Shown here piece after piece: positions 24,399 through 35,791 of a stretch of 64,000 nt of DNA (the first letter of the stretch is position 1; each line of letters opens with the position of its first letter). The stretch lies in NCBI GenBank assembly GCA_950097015.1, contig CATNEN010000034.1:3906001-3970000 (forward strand), given 5' to 3'. The notes beneath the pieces are model-generated. The model did not search any database. It was not told where the DNA came from and saw only the letters and a program-made list of their open reading frames with translations. Origin of the DNA: Macrostomum hystrix. Its lineage: Eukaryota > Animalia > Platyhelminthes. The position numbers and the translations under genes are program-made.

Positions 24399-26200
24399 GC
24401 CTGCAATGAGGTTATTTAAACAGTGCGGTAAATTCCGCATAGTCCACCGCATAGTCAAAGCCTGCAATGAGGTTATTTAAACAGTGCGGTAAATTCCTCA
24501 TAGTTCACCGCATAGTCAAAGCCTGAAATGAGGTTATTTAAACAGTGCGGTAAATTCCGCATAGTTCACGGCATAGTCAAAGCCTGAAATGAGGTTATTT
24601 AAGCAGTGCGGTAAATTCCGCATAGTCCTCCACCGCATAGTCAAAGCCTGCAATGATCGAGGATATTTAAACACTGCGGTTTTTTAGATGTTATAAACAG
24701 TGCGGAAAAAACCGCATAGTTCACCGCATAGTCAAAGCCTGAAATGAGGTTATTTAAACAGTGCGGTAAATTCCGCATAGTTCACCGCATAGTCAAAGCC
24801 TGAAATGAGGTTATTTAAACAGTGCGGTAAATTCCGCATAGTTCACCGCATAGTCAAAGCCTGAAATGAGGTTATTTAAACAGTGCGGTAAATTCTGCAT
24901 AGTCCACCGCATAGTCAAAGCCTGAAATGAGGTTATTTAAACAGTGCGGTAAATTCCGCATAGTCCACCGCATAGTCAAAGCCTGAAATGAGGTTATTTA
25001 AACAGTGCGGTAAATTCCGCATAGTCCACCGCATAGTCAAAGCCTGAAATGAGGTTATTTAAACAGTGCGGTAAATTCCGCATAGTTCACCGCATAGTCA
25101 AAGCCTGAAATGAGGTTATTTAAACAGTGCGGTAAATTCCGCATAGTTCACCGCATAGTCAAAGCCTGAAATGAGGTATTTAAACAGTGCGGAAAAAACC
25201 GCATAGTTCACCGCATAGTCAAAGCCTGAAATGAGGTTATTTAAACAGTGCGGTAAATTCCGCATAGTCCTCCACCGCACAGTCAAAGCCTGCAATGATC
25301 GAGGTTATTTAAACACTGCGGTTTTTTAGATGTTATAAACAGTGCGGAAAAAACCGCATAGTTCACCGCATAGTCAAAGCCTGAAATGAGGTTATTTAAA
25401 CAGTGCGGTAAATTCCGCATAGTTCACCGCATAGTCAAAGCCTGAAATGAGGTTATTTAAACAGTGCGGTAAATTCCGCATAGTTCACCGCATAGTCAAA
25501 GCCTGAAATGAGGTATTTAAACAGTGCGGAAAAAACCGCATAGTTCACCGCATAGTCAAAGCCTGAAATGAGGTTATTTAAACAGTGCGGAAAAAACCGC
25601 ATAGTTCACCGCATAGTCAAAGCCTGAAATGAGGTTATTTAAACAGTGCGGTAAATTCCGCATAGTTCACCGCATAGTCAAAGCCTGAAATGAGGTTATT
25701 TAAACAGTGCGGTAAATTCCGCATAGTCCACCGCATAGTCAAAGCCTGAAATGAGGTTATTTAAACAGTGCGGTAAATTCCGCATAGTCCACCGCATAGT
25801 CAAAGCCTGAAATGAGGTTATTTAAACAGTGCGGAAAAAACCGCATAGTTCACCGCATAGTCAAAGCCTGAAATGAGGTTATTTAAACAGTGCGGTAAAT
25901 TCCGCATAGTTCACCGCATAGTCAAAGCCTGAAATGAGGTATTTAAACAGTGCGGAAAAAACCGCATAGTTCACCGCATAGTCAAAGCCTGAAATGAGGT
26001 TATTTAAACAGTGCGGTAAATTCCGCATAGTTCACCGCATAGTCAAAGCCTGCAATGATCGAGGTTATTTAAGCCCTGCGGTTTTTTAGATGTTATAAAC
26101 AGTGCGGAAAAAACCGCTAACTTTACCGCAGGGTAATGTGTTGACATTACTATGCGGTAAAGTTAGCGGTTTTTACCGCGCGGTAAAATGTCGCCAACGT
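24399..26200 (-). repeat. Right arm: about 28 copies of the 61-bp unit with three longer variant units, plus terminus
   Basis: Reverse complement of the left-arm unit; variant inserts near 24650, 25290 and 26055. Confidence 0.93.
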
Positions 26201-26703
26201 CTAGTATGCAATATGACTAGTAAATGCTTTCAAATAGAAAATTTTGCTTTTCTTTTAAGTAGGGGGCCTATATAAGAAGGTTGATTGTACCTTTATCTAT
26301 AATGTAAAATATTTTTGGGATAAATATTATTATATTTTTTAATGTTGTGCTAAATTCAATGTTGCTATTTAGTATTTATGATGATAACTTCACTGTTATA
26401 AAAAGTATAACAAGACAAAAGTAATTTGATATTTCAGTGTTTTAACTGTGATGTACATAATATAGCTAAATAAAATCTTTAAATTATTGGCTAACAATAA
26501 AGGTTTTGCTATTTACATAACATATATTCATTATAACTAGGCTGTGCTTCTTTATTTAGATGCAGGTATTAGCTATCTGAGACTTAAGAAATGAGATATT
26601 TGTAGCCAGCCATACTTGCAGCTTCACCACTATAATCAAATTTCTTTCTGAAAAAGTTTCATTCTTTAAAAACTTTAATTTCAGTGCAAATTTGACAAAA
26701 GCA

Positions 26704-29700
26704 ATGGACTTCTTGCCTTACAAAGTAGTATCTGTTGCTAATCATAGTGAACCTGGCTATGATTGTCTGGTCATTATTGGAGATAATCCAAATGACCTAG
26801 GGGACAGATTTTCTGAAACGGCCACTACTGTTGGTGACTATTGCAAGGTAAGTTGGCAGGCTGAAGTCCATAGTTGTAAGACATTTCAATATCAATTTCA
26901 ATGGCTCAACCCCTGAATAATCCCTATGAACCACCCCACCAAATCAACAGGCGGACGCATCTGCCTTATCCGGCGGCGCCACTATCCTCTTACCGTCAGG
27001 TCCACAGGGCCGCCTCATTTTCAGCAACACCGGCCCTCTGAATCGAGACCAGGATGACGTGCGCCGACTCTACGACGCCTCAGCCGCTGGTCTTTCCCGA
27101 GCCATCAGCGCCGGCTCCAGGCAGCCAATTCTGGCTGTGGCCAAGCTGGCCAGCTTGCCGATTGGTCGGGAGACTTGGGCCAATCAGCTCGTCGCTGAGC
27201 GTGCCGCAATCCTTGGCGCAATGCAGGCTCTGTACACGCCATTGGAACTGCGCGAACTGCCCGGCCGTCCAGCCAAGATTGACCGCCTGGGCTTCCTAGC
27301 CGGTGCCGGCGCCTCCGTGGACGAAGCCGAGACCCGCCTGCGGCTGGCCATCGCCCTGGAGGCGGGCCGCACGCTGGCCAGAGACATCGGCGCCTCCGAT
27401 CCGGAGCGGATGACGGCGAGCCGGGCGGCCGAACTGATCCGATCTGTCATTGGTCCTGGCGTTACCATCGAAGTCGAGGACGCCGTCGACCCGGCCAAGT
27501 ATCCGCTGATGGCGGCCGTGGATCGCGCAGCCTCCGGCATTGCTAGACACGCAGGCCGCATCGTTCACCTGAGCTATCGCGGCTCCGGCGAGTGCCCCGA
27601 GCCGCTGTTCTTTGTCGGCAAGGGCATCACCTACGATACGGGCGGCGCCGACGTGAAGGCCGGCGGCCACATGGCCGGAATGCACAGGTGCCCACAGCTA
27701 CACAACACACCATTGAGCCAGATGTACACCCCAAATTTACCGCGCACTGCAATGGGGGTGTCTAGCTAAAGGAAAAAACGGTTTTACATGGGTGATATTC
27801 GAACTCCTGACCTTTTGGTCAGATTTCCGTACTGGGCTTCAAGCTTCCTATAATAATAATAATTGCAGAAGGGCTGCGGGCAATGTCACATCATTTGGTG
27901 ACACTATACCTGCAGCCAGAGAGGAGACAATTCTGCCCATTTCGCTGACTCCTGAACACACACGTACACCGATACTGTACGCAGGCACACGCTCACACAA
28001 GTCTGTACATCTGCCCTGACTTTCTCATCGTCAGGCAGTGTACAACAACAAACAACAACAAAGTACGCTGTCAGGTGGAAAAGGCAGCGTCACAGTGCAC
28101 GCTTCAGAGCCTGGGCGCGAACAAAGGCCGCACCGCCGGCAGTGTCCGGGGCGCCAGCATCGGCCAGCAGGCAGTCGACGAAACGCCGAGTTCGGGCCTG
28201 GCCGCGCCGGTAGGGTGCCTGCAGCGTTAGCAGCAGCACCTCCTGCACCGGCTGCGGGCAGTAGGACTCGGCGCGGATGATGTGGCCTGCAAGCTGGAGT
28301 CGCCGAAGTCGCAGCAGTTCACTCGGACGGGCCAGGCCGGCGCGACGATAGAGTGTACAGTGTAGTGTACAGTGTACACTCACTCTCATTGTGCCTTGGA
28401 GGTTGGCCCTCAAGGGCGTGAATTGCACGACAAGCCCCCAAGCCTTCTCTCCGCGGCTGCGCCCCAATTTAATGTGGCCTCACGGCGGAATCGAGCTCAG
28501 GGACCTTGGTGCGAGAGGCAAACGTGTTAACCGCTCTGCAACTGACCCCCTTACAAGCCTCCTTGTCTGACTGTCAAGACTTTAGATGAAGAAAAATGAA
28601 ATATAAACGAACTTTTAAAGGGTAATTTAGCTAAATACAATCTCAAGTAATAATTATTCTTAATTCCCACCCAGGGATAAATGCGGCGCCGCAGCCATCG
28701 CCGGCCTGTTCCGCACTCTCCAGCTGCTCCGTCCGCCACGCATTGAAGCTCACGCCAGTCTTGCCTTCGTGCGCAATTCAATCGGCTCGAATAGCTACGT
28801 GGCAGATGAGATCATCACTAGCAGGGCCGGGGTTCGAGTCCGGGTTGGCAACACGGATGCGGAAGGCCGCATGGTCATGGCCGACCTGCTCTGCCTCATG
28901 CGAGAGCGAGCCCTGACCCTGCCAAATCCATCCTCGGCCAGCCTATTCACCGTGGCCACTCTCACTGGTCACGTGATTCGCGCCTACGGAGTCCACTACG
29001 CGGCCGCAATGGACAATGGGCCAGCTAGGCTCAAGGGCACGAGCGGTCGGCTTCAGAAGGCTGGCGACCTCATTGCTGATCCATTCGAGGTAAGAAGCTA
29101 TTTAGGGTGTCTCAGAGCAAAGTTGTTACCGTATTTTATCACCAAGCTTAGATCAGGCTTAAGCGGTAACCCTTCGGGAGCAATATAATTATGCAGCTGA
29201 CCTCCCAGATCCTCAGGATTGGACAGCTGACCTCCCAGATCCTCAGGATTGGACAGCTGACCTCCCAGATCCTCAGGATTGGACAGCTGGCCTCCCAGAT
29301 CCTCAGGATTGGACAGCTGGCCTCCCAGATCCTCAGGATTGGACAGCTGGCCTCCCAGATCCTCAGGATTGGACAGCTGGCCTCCCAGATCCTCAGGATT
29401 GGACAGCTGACCTCCCAGATCCTCAGGATTAGGCAGCTAACCTCCCAGATCCTCAGGATTAGGCAGCTGACCTCCCAGATCCTCAGGATTAGTCAGCTGA
29501 CCTCCCAGATCCTCAGGATTAGTCAGCTGACCTCCCAGATCCTCAGGATTAACTAGGCAGTCAGTTTCAAGGACTATAGAAAGTTGAAAAGTCTAGAATA
29601 ATTAGGGTACAATTTGTGTCTCACAGTCCAACCCAAACTATTCAGATCTCGACGATTCGCCGCGAGGACTACAACATGGTGGAGCCGAAGACCGAAGCCG

Positions 29701-30584
29701 AGGACCTGCTGCAGTGCAACAATGAGGCCAGCTCTGCCACACCGCGCGGCCACCAGTTCCCCGCAGCTTTTCTGATTAGGGCAGCCGGCCTGGACAAGGT
29801 TAGACAAGCTAATATTTATCCCTGTCTCACTCTAGGATTCGCTTCCCCCTATATCCCATACTACTCCTGATTCTCCCAGATCCTCAGACCAAGCCTCCAC
29901 CCTCCCAGATCATCAGACCAAGCCTCCACTCTCCCAGATCCTCAGACCAAGCCTCCACTCTCCCAGATGCTCAGACTAAGCCTCCACTCTCCCAGATCCT
30001 CAGACCAAGCCTCCACTCTCCCAGATGCTCAGACTAAGCCTCCACCCTCCCAGATCATCAGACCAAGCCTCCACTCTCCCAGATCCTCAGACCAAGCCTC
30101 CACTCTCCCAGATCATCAGACCAAGCCTCCACCCTCCCAGATCATCAGACCAAGCCTCCACCCTCCCAGATCATCAGACCAAGCCTCCACCCTCCCAGAT
30201 CATCAGACCAAGCCTCCACCCTCCCAGATCATCAGACCAAGCCGTCACTCTCCCAGATCCTCAGACCTAGCCATCACTCTCCCAGATCCTCAGACCAAGC
30301 CTCCACTCTCCCAGATCCCCAGACTATGCCTCCACTCTCCCAGATCCTCAGACCAAGCCTCCACTCTCCCAGATCCCCAGACTATGCCTCCACTCTCCCA
30401 GATCCCCAGACCCTATTTTATCGCTACCCCCCTCAACTGACAGCACGGCCTGGACTCGGCTAAGCCCATAGCCTACACGCACATTGATGTCGCGGGCAGC
30501 TCTGGTGACTATCCTGATCCTGCCACTGGATCTCCTCTGCTGGCCCTAGCCGAGAGGTACATTCTGCCTGACTTCTCTGGCTAA
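26704..30584 (+). CDS. M17-family leucyl/cytosol aminopeptidase, 5 exons, about 529 aa
   Basis: Exons 26704-26847, 26951-27687, 28675-29089, 29646-29798 and 30444-30584 are GT-AG and phase-consistent. Metal-binding and catalytic motifs FVGKGITYDTGG-x-DVK, MHRDKCG, NTDAEGR, VATLTG, HIDVAG. Confidence 0.93.
27850..28540 (-). mobile_element. tRNA-derived SINE (family B) with (TTA)n tail, interrupted by a LINE fragment, in aminopeptidase intron 2
   Basis: Head AGCGGTTAACACG...GAGCTCGATTCC; body matches the uninterrupted copy at 63105-63470. Confidence 0.8.
28045..28369 (-). mobile_element. 3' end of an RTE-like LINE with (TTG)n tail and TSD CAGTGTAC(A)
   Basis: RRLQLAGHIIR...RRGQART...KRAL*; duplication at 28036-28044 and 28370-28378; empty site in the SINE copy near 63300. 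Confidence 0.8.
29191..29552. repeat. 30-bp minisatellite (CAGCTGACCTCCCAGATCCTCAGGATTGGA) in aminopeptidase intron 3
   Basis: 12 tandem units. Confidence 0.95.
29870..30410. repeat. About 29-bp minisatellite (CTCCCAGATCCTCAGACCAAGCCTCCACT) in aminopeptidase intron 4
   Basis: Tandem units sharing the core CTCCCAGATCCTCAG with the intron 3 array. Confidence 0.92.
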
Positions 30585-31109
30585 ATAGCCACTAGCTTAG
30601 AAACGAATTTGACAAACAATCTTCCCTAACACTGTTCGCCGATCAGTAAAAAAACATTAAATAGCCGTGCTTTTTTCGAGACAATGATTTTCCAGTATTT
30701 TAATTAACTAACAATTGATTGAGTTCTGTTGAGAAATGTTCGAATATATGAAAGACTGAATTTATTGACAATTTATTCCATGATTACCTCAATTTGAATT
30801 ATTTTAACATTTTTTATAATTAAAATAGTCTAGCTTCCATTATTGTGTAATATTTGGATTTTTTTACTACGTTTTCTTTAATCCTTCTAATTAATTCAAT
30901 TCAGTCAAAATGATGTTATTGATTGGGCACATTCAATCTGGTAATCATATTTTGCCATAATTAATAATATCAATTATACACGCTTGCCTAACGAAAACTT
31001 TTTAATTTCCAATTCAACCTATATTGGTAAAAATATTTTATTTCTCGCCTCTTACTCTCATTTTATTTTCATTTTTATATTTTCTCTAAAATAACATGAC
31101 GTTTCTCAG

Positions 31110-31232
31110 GACACAATATCTGTGAGACAGCAGTCGCTCACAGTGAATGTGACAGTGAGACAGCAGTCACCCACAGTGAATGTGACAGTGAGACAGCAGT
31201 CGCTCACAGGGAATGTGACAGTGAGACGGCAG
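31110..31232. repeat. 33-bp repeat, about 3.5 copies (GTGAGACAGCAGTCGCTCACAGTGAATGTGACA)
   Basis: Direct tandem copies. Confidence 0.75.
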
Positions 31233-31747
31233 AATAAGAAGTGCCGGTGAATAAGAAGTCAAAGCCATTGTGACGGAAGCAATAAGGGCAGACAGTTTAT
31301 TGCCGGCTAGCAATGGTCTTTTTTGCAGCAATCGCACCCTGACACGCCTCTAGTCGTTTGGCAGCAAAATTTGACCTAGAAAAGTTTCGAAACGTGCAAT
31401 ATTAGACGTCCTAATCAATTAGAGCATTCTGTGAGACCCCAAAAAATTGTCTGACTATCAGTTGAATGCATAATTATGTGGAGCCCTAAAGCCTAATCAT
31501 TTTAGTTGCTTTCAGCCGTCAGCCATGCGCTTATCATTCAGACGGTGCAAACGAATTTAATTTTCCAGCCCAGCAACCACAGTAAACCAGTTCTTTAGTC
31601 ATGTGCCGCACGCAGTGAGGTGTCTTTCTGGTTGTGAAGAAGCGGCCTTCACTGTGTATAAAAGCTGTGATCCTCGGAATGTAGGAAATAGCTGGCTCTA
31701 GTTCACAGACCAATGCTGGCCGGTCAAACTTAGTATCCGGGGCAGTT

Positions 31748-32083
31748 ATGAAGAGTGTCCGCTTTTGCGAAGTGGTTACCGTACGGACGTTTGTGGTTCT
31801 TCCGCCAGAGCAAGAAGAAGAAGATGCAGAAGAGGAACCGGAAGCGGAACGTGAGGAAGAAGAGAAAAATTCTAGCGAAGAGACGTCGTCGACGGATTCA
31901 ATGGATCCTGCCAGTTCCGATGTCACCGACAGCGGCAGCGCCAACGCACTGGCCAAGCGAAGCTGGCGAGCCATCCTGCGCCACCTGTGGTCGGACGTGC
32001 TGCCGTTGCATCATCACCAGCATCAGCAGTACCAGCTGCACAGGTGCCACAGTCGGCAGGCTTTGCGAATTGTGGCCCAATGA
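31748..32083 (+). CDS. Putative small disordered protein or terminal exon with KSVRF (RVxF-type) motif, acidic tract and His/Gln tract
   Basis: 111-aa ORF in a GC-richer island; the frame is open back to 31685; no family recognised. Confidence 0.35.
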   Translation: MKSVRFCEVVTVRTFVVLPPEQEEEDAEEEPEAEREEEEKNSSEETSSTDSMDPASSDVTDSGSANALAKRSWRAILRHLWSDVLPLHHHQHQQYQLHRCHSRQALRIVAQ

Positions 32084-32339
32084 CCAATCTGAATCTACGC
32101 GTTTCTGGTTTAAAAAGTTTCCTCATATAGTCGAAGTGACTTTATACCGAAACTCCTCACTCGTCGTGCATTGTAATTAAAACTTTCAAAAAAGCCGAAA
32201 TAAATCAACTTTACGGATTTTAAATATATTTACCTTCAAATTACTTCTATCGTAGAATTTTCGTCGAAAACTGGTACAGATGGTACAGCTGGTTGAATAG
32301 AAACACAAGGAAATTGAGAAAATAGTTTAAGGTCAAAGG

Positions 32340-32422
32340 TGGCTTTGCTTCAGCTGAGATTCGAACTCCCGACCTCGCGACTAAATGTCCGAATCTCTCT
32401 AACCACTGGGCTAGAAGCCCCT
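32340..32422 (-). mobile_element. Isolated tRNA-like SINE head
   Basis: GGGGCTTCTAGCCCAGTGGTTAGAG...GAGTTCGAATC; A and B boxes present, cloverleaf not intact. Confidence 0.55.
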
Positions 32423-32497
32423 AATAAAAATATGAAATATAATTGAGTCATACGCCGCAAAATATCTGGTGACTCCGAGGCGAAACACTCTTTAGAG

Positions 32498-33096
32498 CAG
32501 GGGTCGGCAAACTCCGGCCCGCGTGACCTCCAAGCTCCCAAATCCGGTCCGCTGCCCCTTACAACACCTACAGTATCCTGTCTCATCACTCTCTCATCTG
32601 GAGATGTAGAATCTCATCTCTCCTCGGTCTCCTCCCTTCAGTGTCTACCGTCCCATCTCTCCAGTGTCTACTGTCTCATCTCTCCAGTGTCTACCGTCTC
32701 ATCTCTCCAGTGTCTACCGTCTCATCTCTCCAGTGTCTACCGTCTCATCTCTCCAGTGTCTACCGTCTCATCTCTCCAGTGTCTACCGTCTCATCTCTCC
32801 AGTGTCTACCGTCTCATCTCTCCAGTGTCTACCGTCTCATCTCTCCAGTGTCTACCGTCTCATCTCTCCAGTGTCTACCGTCTCATCTCTCCAGTGTCTA
32901 CCGTCTCATCTCTGTCTCATCCCTCCCCTGTCTCGTCTATCCCCTTTCCCATATCTTCTCTGTCTCATCTCTTCTCTGTCTCGTTTATCCCCTGTCTCAT
33001 CCCTCCCCTTCCTCATACTCCTACAGTTAATGCGGCCCGCTGTCGTCTTTTAGGTTCTCTCCGTGGCCCGCATGCTAATAGGTTTGCCGACCCCTG
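32498..33096. mobile_element. hAT (Charlie-like) MITE containing a 23-bp minisatellite
   Basis: 15-bp TIRs CAGGGGTCGGCAAAC / GTTTGCCGACCCCTG; 8-bp TSD CTTTAGAG / CTCTAGAG; subterminal GGCCCGC motifs; internal (GTGTCTACCGTCTCATCTCTCCA)n at 32640-32910. Confidence 0.85.
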
Positions 33097-33267
33097 CTCT
33101 AGAGTATATTATATGCAATGGAGTGAACAATGAAAATGGGGGGCCTATTCAGAATAGAAATAGGATAGAAAGAGACACAGAGAGATGAAAATTCTCTTTA
33201 CAAATGCATGCACGCTAGCATATATAAGCGAAGCAGTGCCGCACACTGCCGTACACTCACATCTGCC

Positions 33268-34771
33268 ATGGAAGCCGAGCGAAAAGTCGCACAGCTGCTT
33301 GAACGACACGGAGCCAGTTTGAGCACTCTGAGTGACTCAGAGCTACTCAGCCTTGCCAATCGATTTCACACTAGCAGCTCAGTCTCCAAATATAAGCTTT
33401 GCCTTGGCTGGACATGCCGTCTAGCTCTGTACCTGCTGGCAATCTTTGTGCTGATGCTAACCCTGAGGTGCGAACTCGTGACCTCCGGCTATGCGACTCA
33501 GAGCACGGCCTGGCTGGCCGCCACGGACCTGGCCATGCAGAAGATGGTTCGCCGAGTGGCGCACGCGTTCGGGCTCTACGACACGGAGGCGGGCCGCCGT
33601 CTGGGCGCCTGCCTGCTGGCGAATCCCTTCAGGCAACCGGCTCCGCTCTGCTGCGGCTGCAGCCGGGCGCGAATAGTAATAGTGCAAGTCGACGCGGCCA
33701 ACCAGTCGACGGTTGCCAACCTCATCGACTCGCTTTACAATCGGGCGGTAACGCCGTTCATAGTTGTCGGACAGCCCGCAAGGCCTCGGCCAGAGGGAGT
33801 GGTCGACTTCGCCACATTGGCCAGCTTTGTAGCCGAAAATCGGCTGGAGTTCGAACGGGGCGCCAACCAGTTCCAGAGGCTGCCGCTGTACAATGCCGAC
33901 TCGGAGCTGCCGGCAGCTGATGTGCCAGCATTTCAGGATTTGTTTCCCAAGGAGACGACGGCAACGATACAACGACCCGAACTGCCACCTCCCGGACAGG
34001 TGATAATGCTGGAACAGCTGCGTTGACTTTTAGGGACTTTTTAGAAATCTTTCAGGGACCTTTCAGGGACCTTTTAGGGACCTACCTTTTAGGGAGTTTT
34101 AGATACATTTTAGGGCTTTCAGGCACTTTTCAAGAAACCCCCTATAACCTTTGAAGAAAATTTTTAATGACCTTTCAAGAGCCTTTCAAAAGACTCTTAA
34201 GGACCTTCTATGAATTTTTTTAGGACCTTCGTGCAATATTTCTGGGATCTTTCAGGGATCTTTCAGGTACTAACTATGGATCTTTGAAAAACTTTTCAGG
34301 GATTCTCTAGAATGCAATACCCACTCGCCACCTGTGCAGGTGCTCCTTTGGAAATTCTCCCACCTGTCGGCCGTGCGGGCCCTCCGCCGGCTGGTGCCCC
34401 GGCCTTCGTACTTCGGCCGACGCACTGAACGGTCTCTCACCGTCTCCCTTCTGCTGGCTGGCCGCTCTCTGCCTCCCAGCCGGCTCTACTCCGTCGGCGA
34501 CTTCGCCGAGACCCGCCTGCTGGCCTTCGCTGTGCCGCTCAGCGGTCGTCTAGAGGCGAGTCTGGCGCCGAAGGCCGCCTGCTGCGATGGCGCGAGGCCG
34601 CCGCGGACGGCGCCGATTCAACTGGCGCCGGGTCGGGCCCTGTTCTTCCCCACCGACTGCTACGAGCTGCTGATTGGCCGGTCAGCGGCCTCTGATGAAG
34701 ACAAGCCGGCACTGGTGCAGATCGGCTTCCTGTACAATGGCGCCCACCAGGCTGCGAGGATGACACCTTAG
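33268..34771 (+). CDS. C6orf89/BRAP-like type II membrane protein with C-terminal cupin-like region, paralog A, about 387 aa
   Basis: Exons 33268-33999 and 34340-34771 (phase 0). N-terminal TM, CLLANP...CCGC, TPFIVV, W..SHLSAVRALRRLVPRP, L.P...CC...L.PG..L..PT. The family call rests on recalled motif resemblance only. Confidence 0.75.
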
Positions 34772-34774
34772 GAT

Positions 34775-35200
34775 GGTGTCAGACGCTGTGTCATCCCTTC
34801 TCAACCTCACCCGGGGTGTCAGACACTGTGCCGTCGCTTCTCAACCTCACCCGGGGTGTCAGACACTGTGCCGTCGCTTCTCAACCTCACCCGGGGTGTC
34901 AGACACTGTGCCGTCGCTTCTCAACCTCACCCGGGGTGTCAGACACTGTGCCGTCGCTTCTCAACCTCACCCGGGGTGTCAGACACTGTGCCGTCCCTTC
35001 TCAACCTCACCCGGGGTGTCAGACACTGTGCCGTCGCTTCTCAACCTCACCCGGGGTGTCAGACACTGTGCCGTCCCTTCTCAACCTCACCCGGGGTGTC
35101 AGACACTGTGCCGTCGCTTCTCAACCTCACCCGGGGTGTCAGACACTGTGCCATCCCTTCTCAACCTCACCCGGGGTGTCAGACACTGTGCCGTCCCTTC
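34775..35200. repeat. 40-bp minisatellite (GGGGTGTCAGACACTGTGCCGTCGCTTCTCAACCTCACCC) starting right after the paralog A stop codon
   Basis: About 10 near-perfect units. Confidence 0.95.
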
Positions 35201-35791
35201 TCATGGTTCTCATTGGTTCTCATTCTGTTCTCATCCCATGCTATGATGGTAAAAATCAAAATATTATACTTCTTGTGAATTAGTACATATAAAAAAATAA
35301 TTTAGTTAAACGAGTTCTCTATTGTACTAATTTAATCAGTTGAGTCAATGGACTGTGGAAGGCGCCACAAGCAATGGGGAATAAAGTGTCTTGATCAAGG
35401 AGCTCACAAAATTGTACTGAGCTTCGAACTCTCGACCACTCGGTCAGAAGTCTGAGCACTGCAGTCAATTCAAAGGGTGAGCACTGCGTGAGCTAACAAG
35501 TTTTGTTGAGTACGAATGACGAATTTAAGTTTCTGTAAAAGTTCTGTCAATCTGTTCAATGGACAGACTCAGAGAGAAGACAAAAAGATGGAACAATGAG
35601 AAGAGCGCGCAACCAGCGTGAGCCAGAAGAAATCGGTGAGTTTGAAGAAAAACGTGCTCAAACCTGCCTAGTGCCCTCCCTTTGAGTACGAAGGCTCAAC
35701 CTCGCTACTCGCGAATGAACAATGGGTCTATATACTCATAGAGAGTAGAATCAAGCCGAATGAGACACTTGTGATTCAGCAGCTCCCAGTC

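Larger units (their letters stand above)
16416..26200. mobile_element. Foldback/Mutator-like TIR element, 9785 bp, with arms made of inverted 61-bp tandem repeats
   Basis: Termini ACGTTGGCGACATTTTACCGCGCGGTAAAAACCGCTAACTTTACCGCATAGT form a perfect 52-bp inverted repeat. The flanking direct repeat is CTAGTATGC at 16407-16415 and 26201-26209, extendable to 11-bp TCTAGTATGCA. No transposase recognised. Confidence 0.85.

Noticed and set aside
31534-31974. 146-aa minus-strand ORF
   Set aside because: Its poly-Ser tract is the antisense of the Glu-rich plus-strand frame; no family recognised
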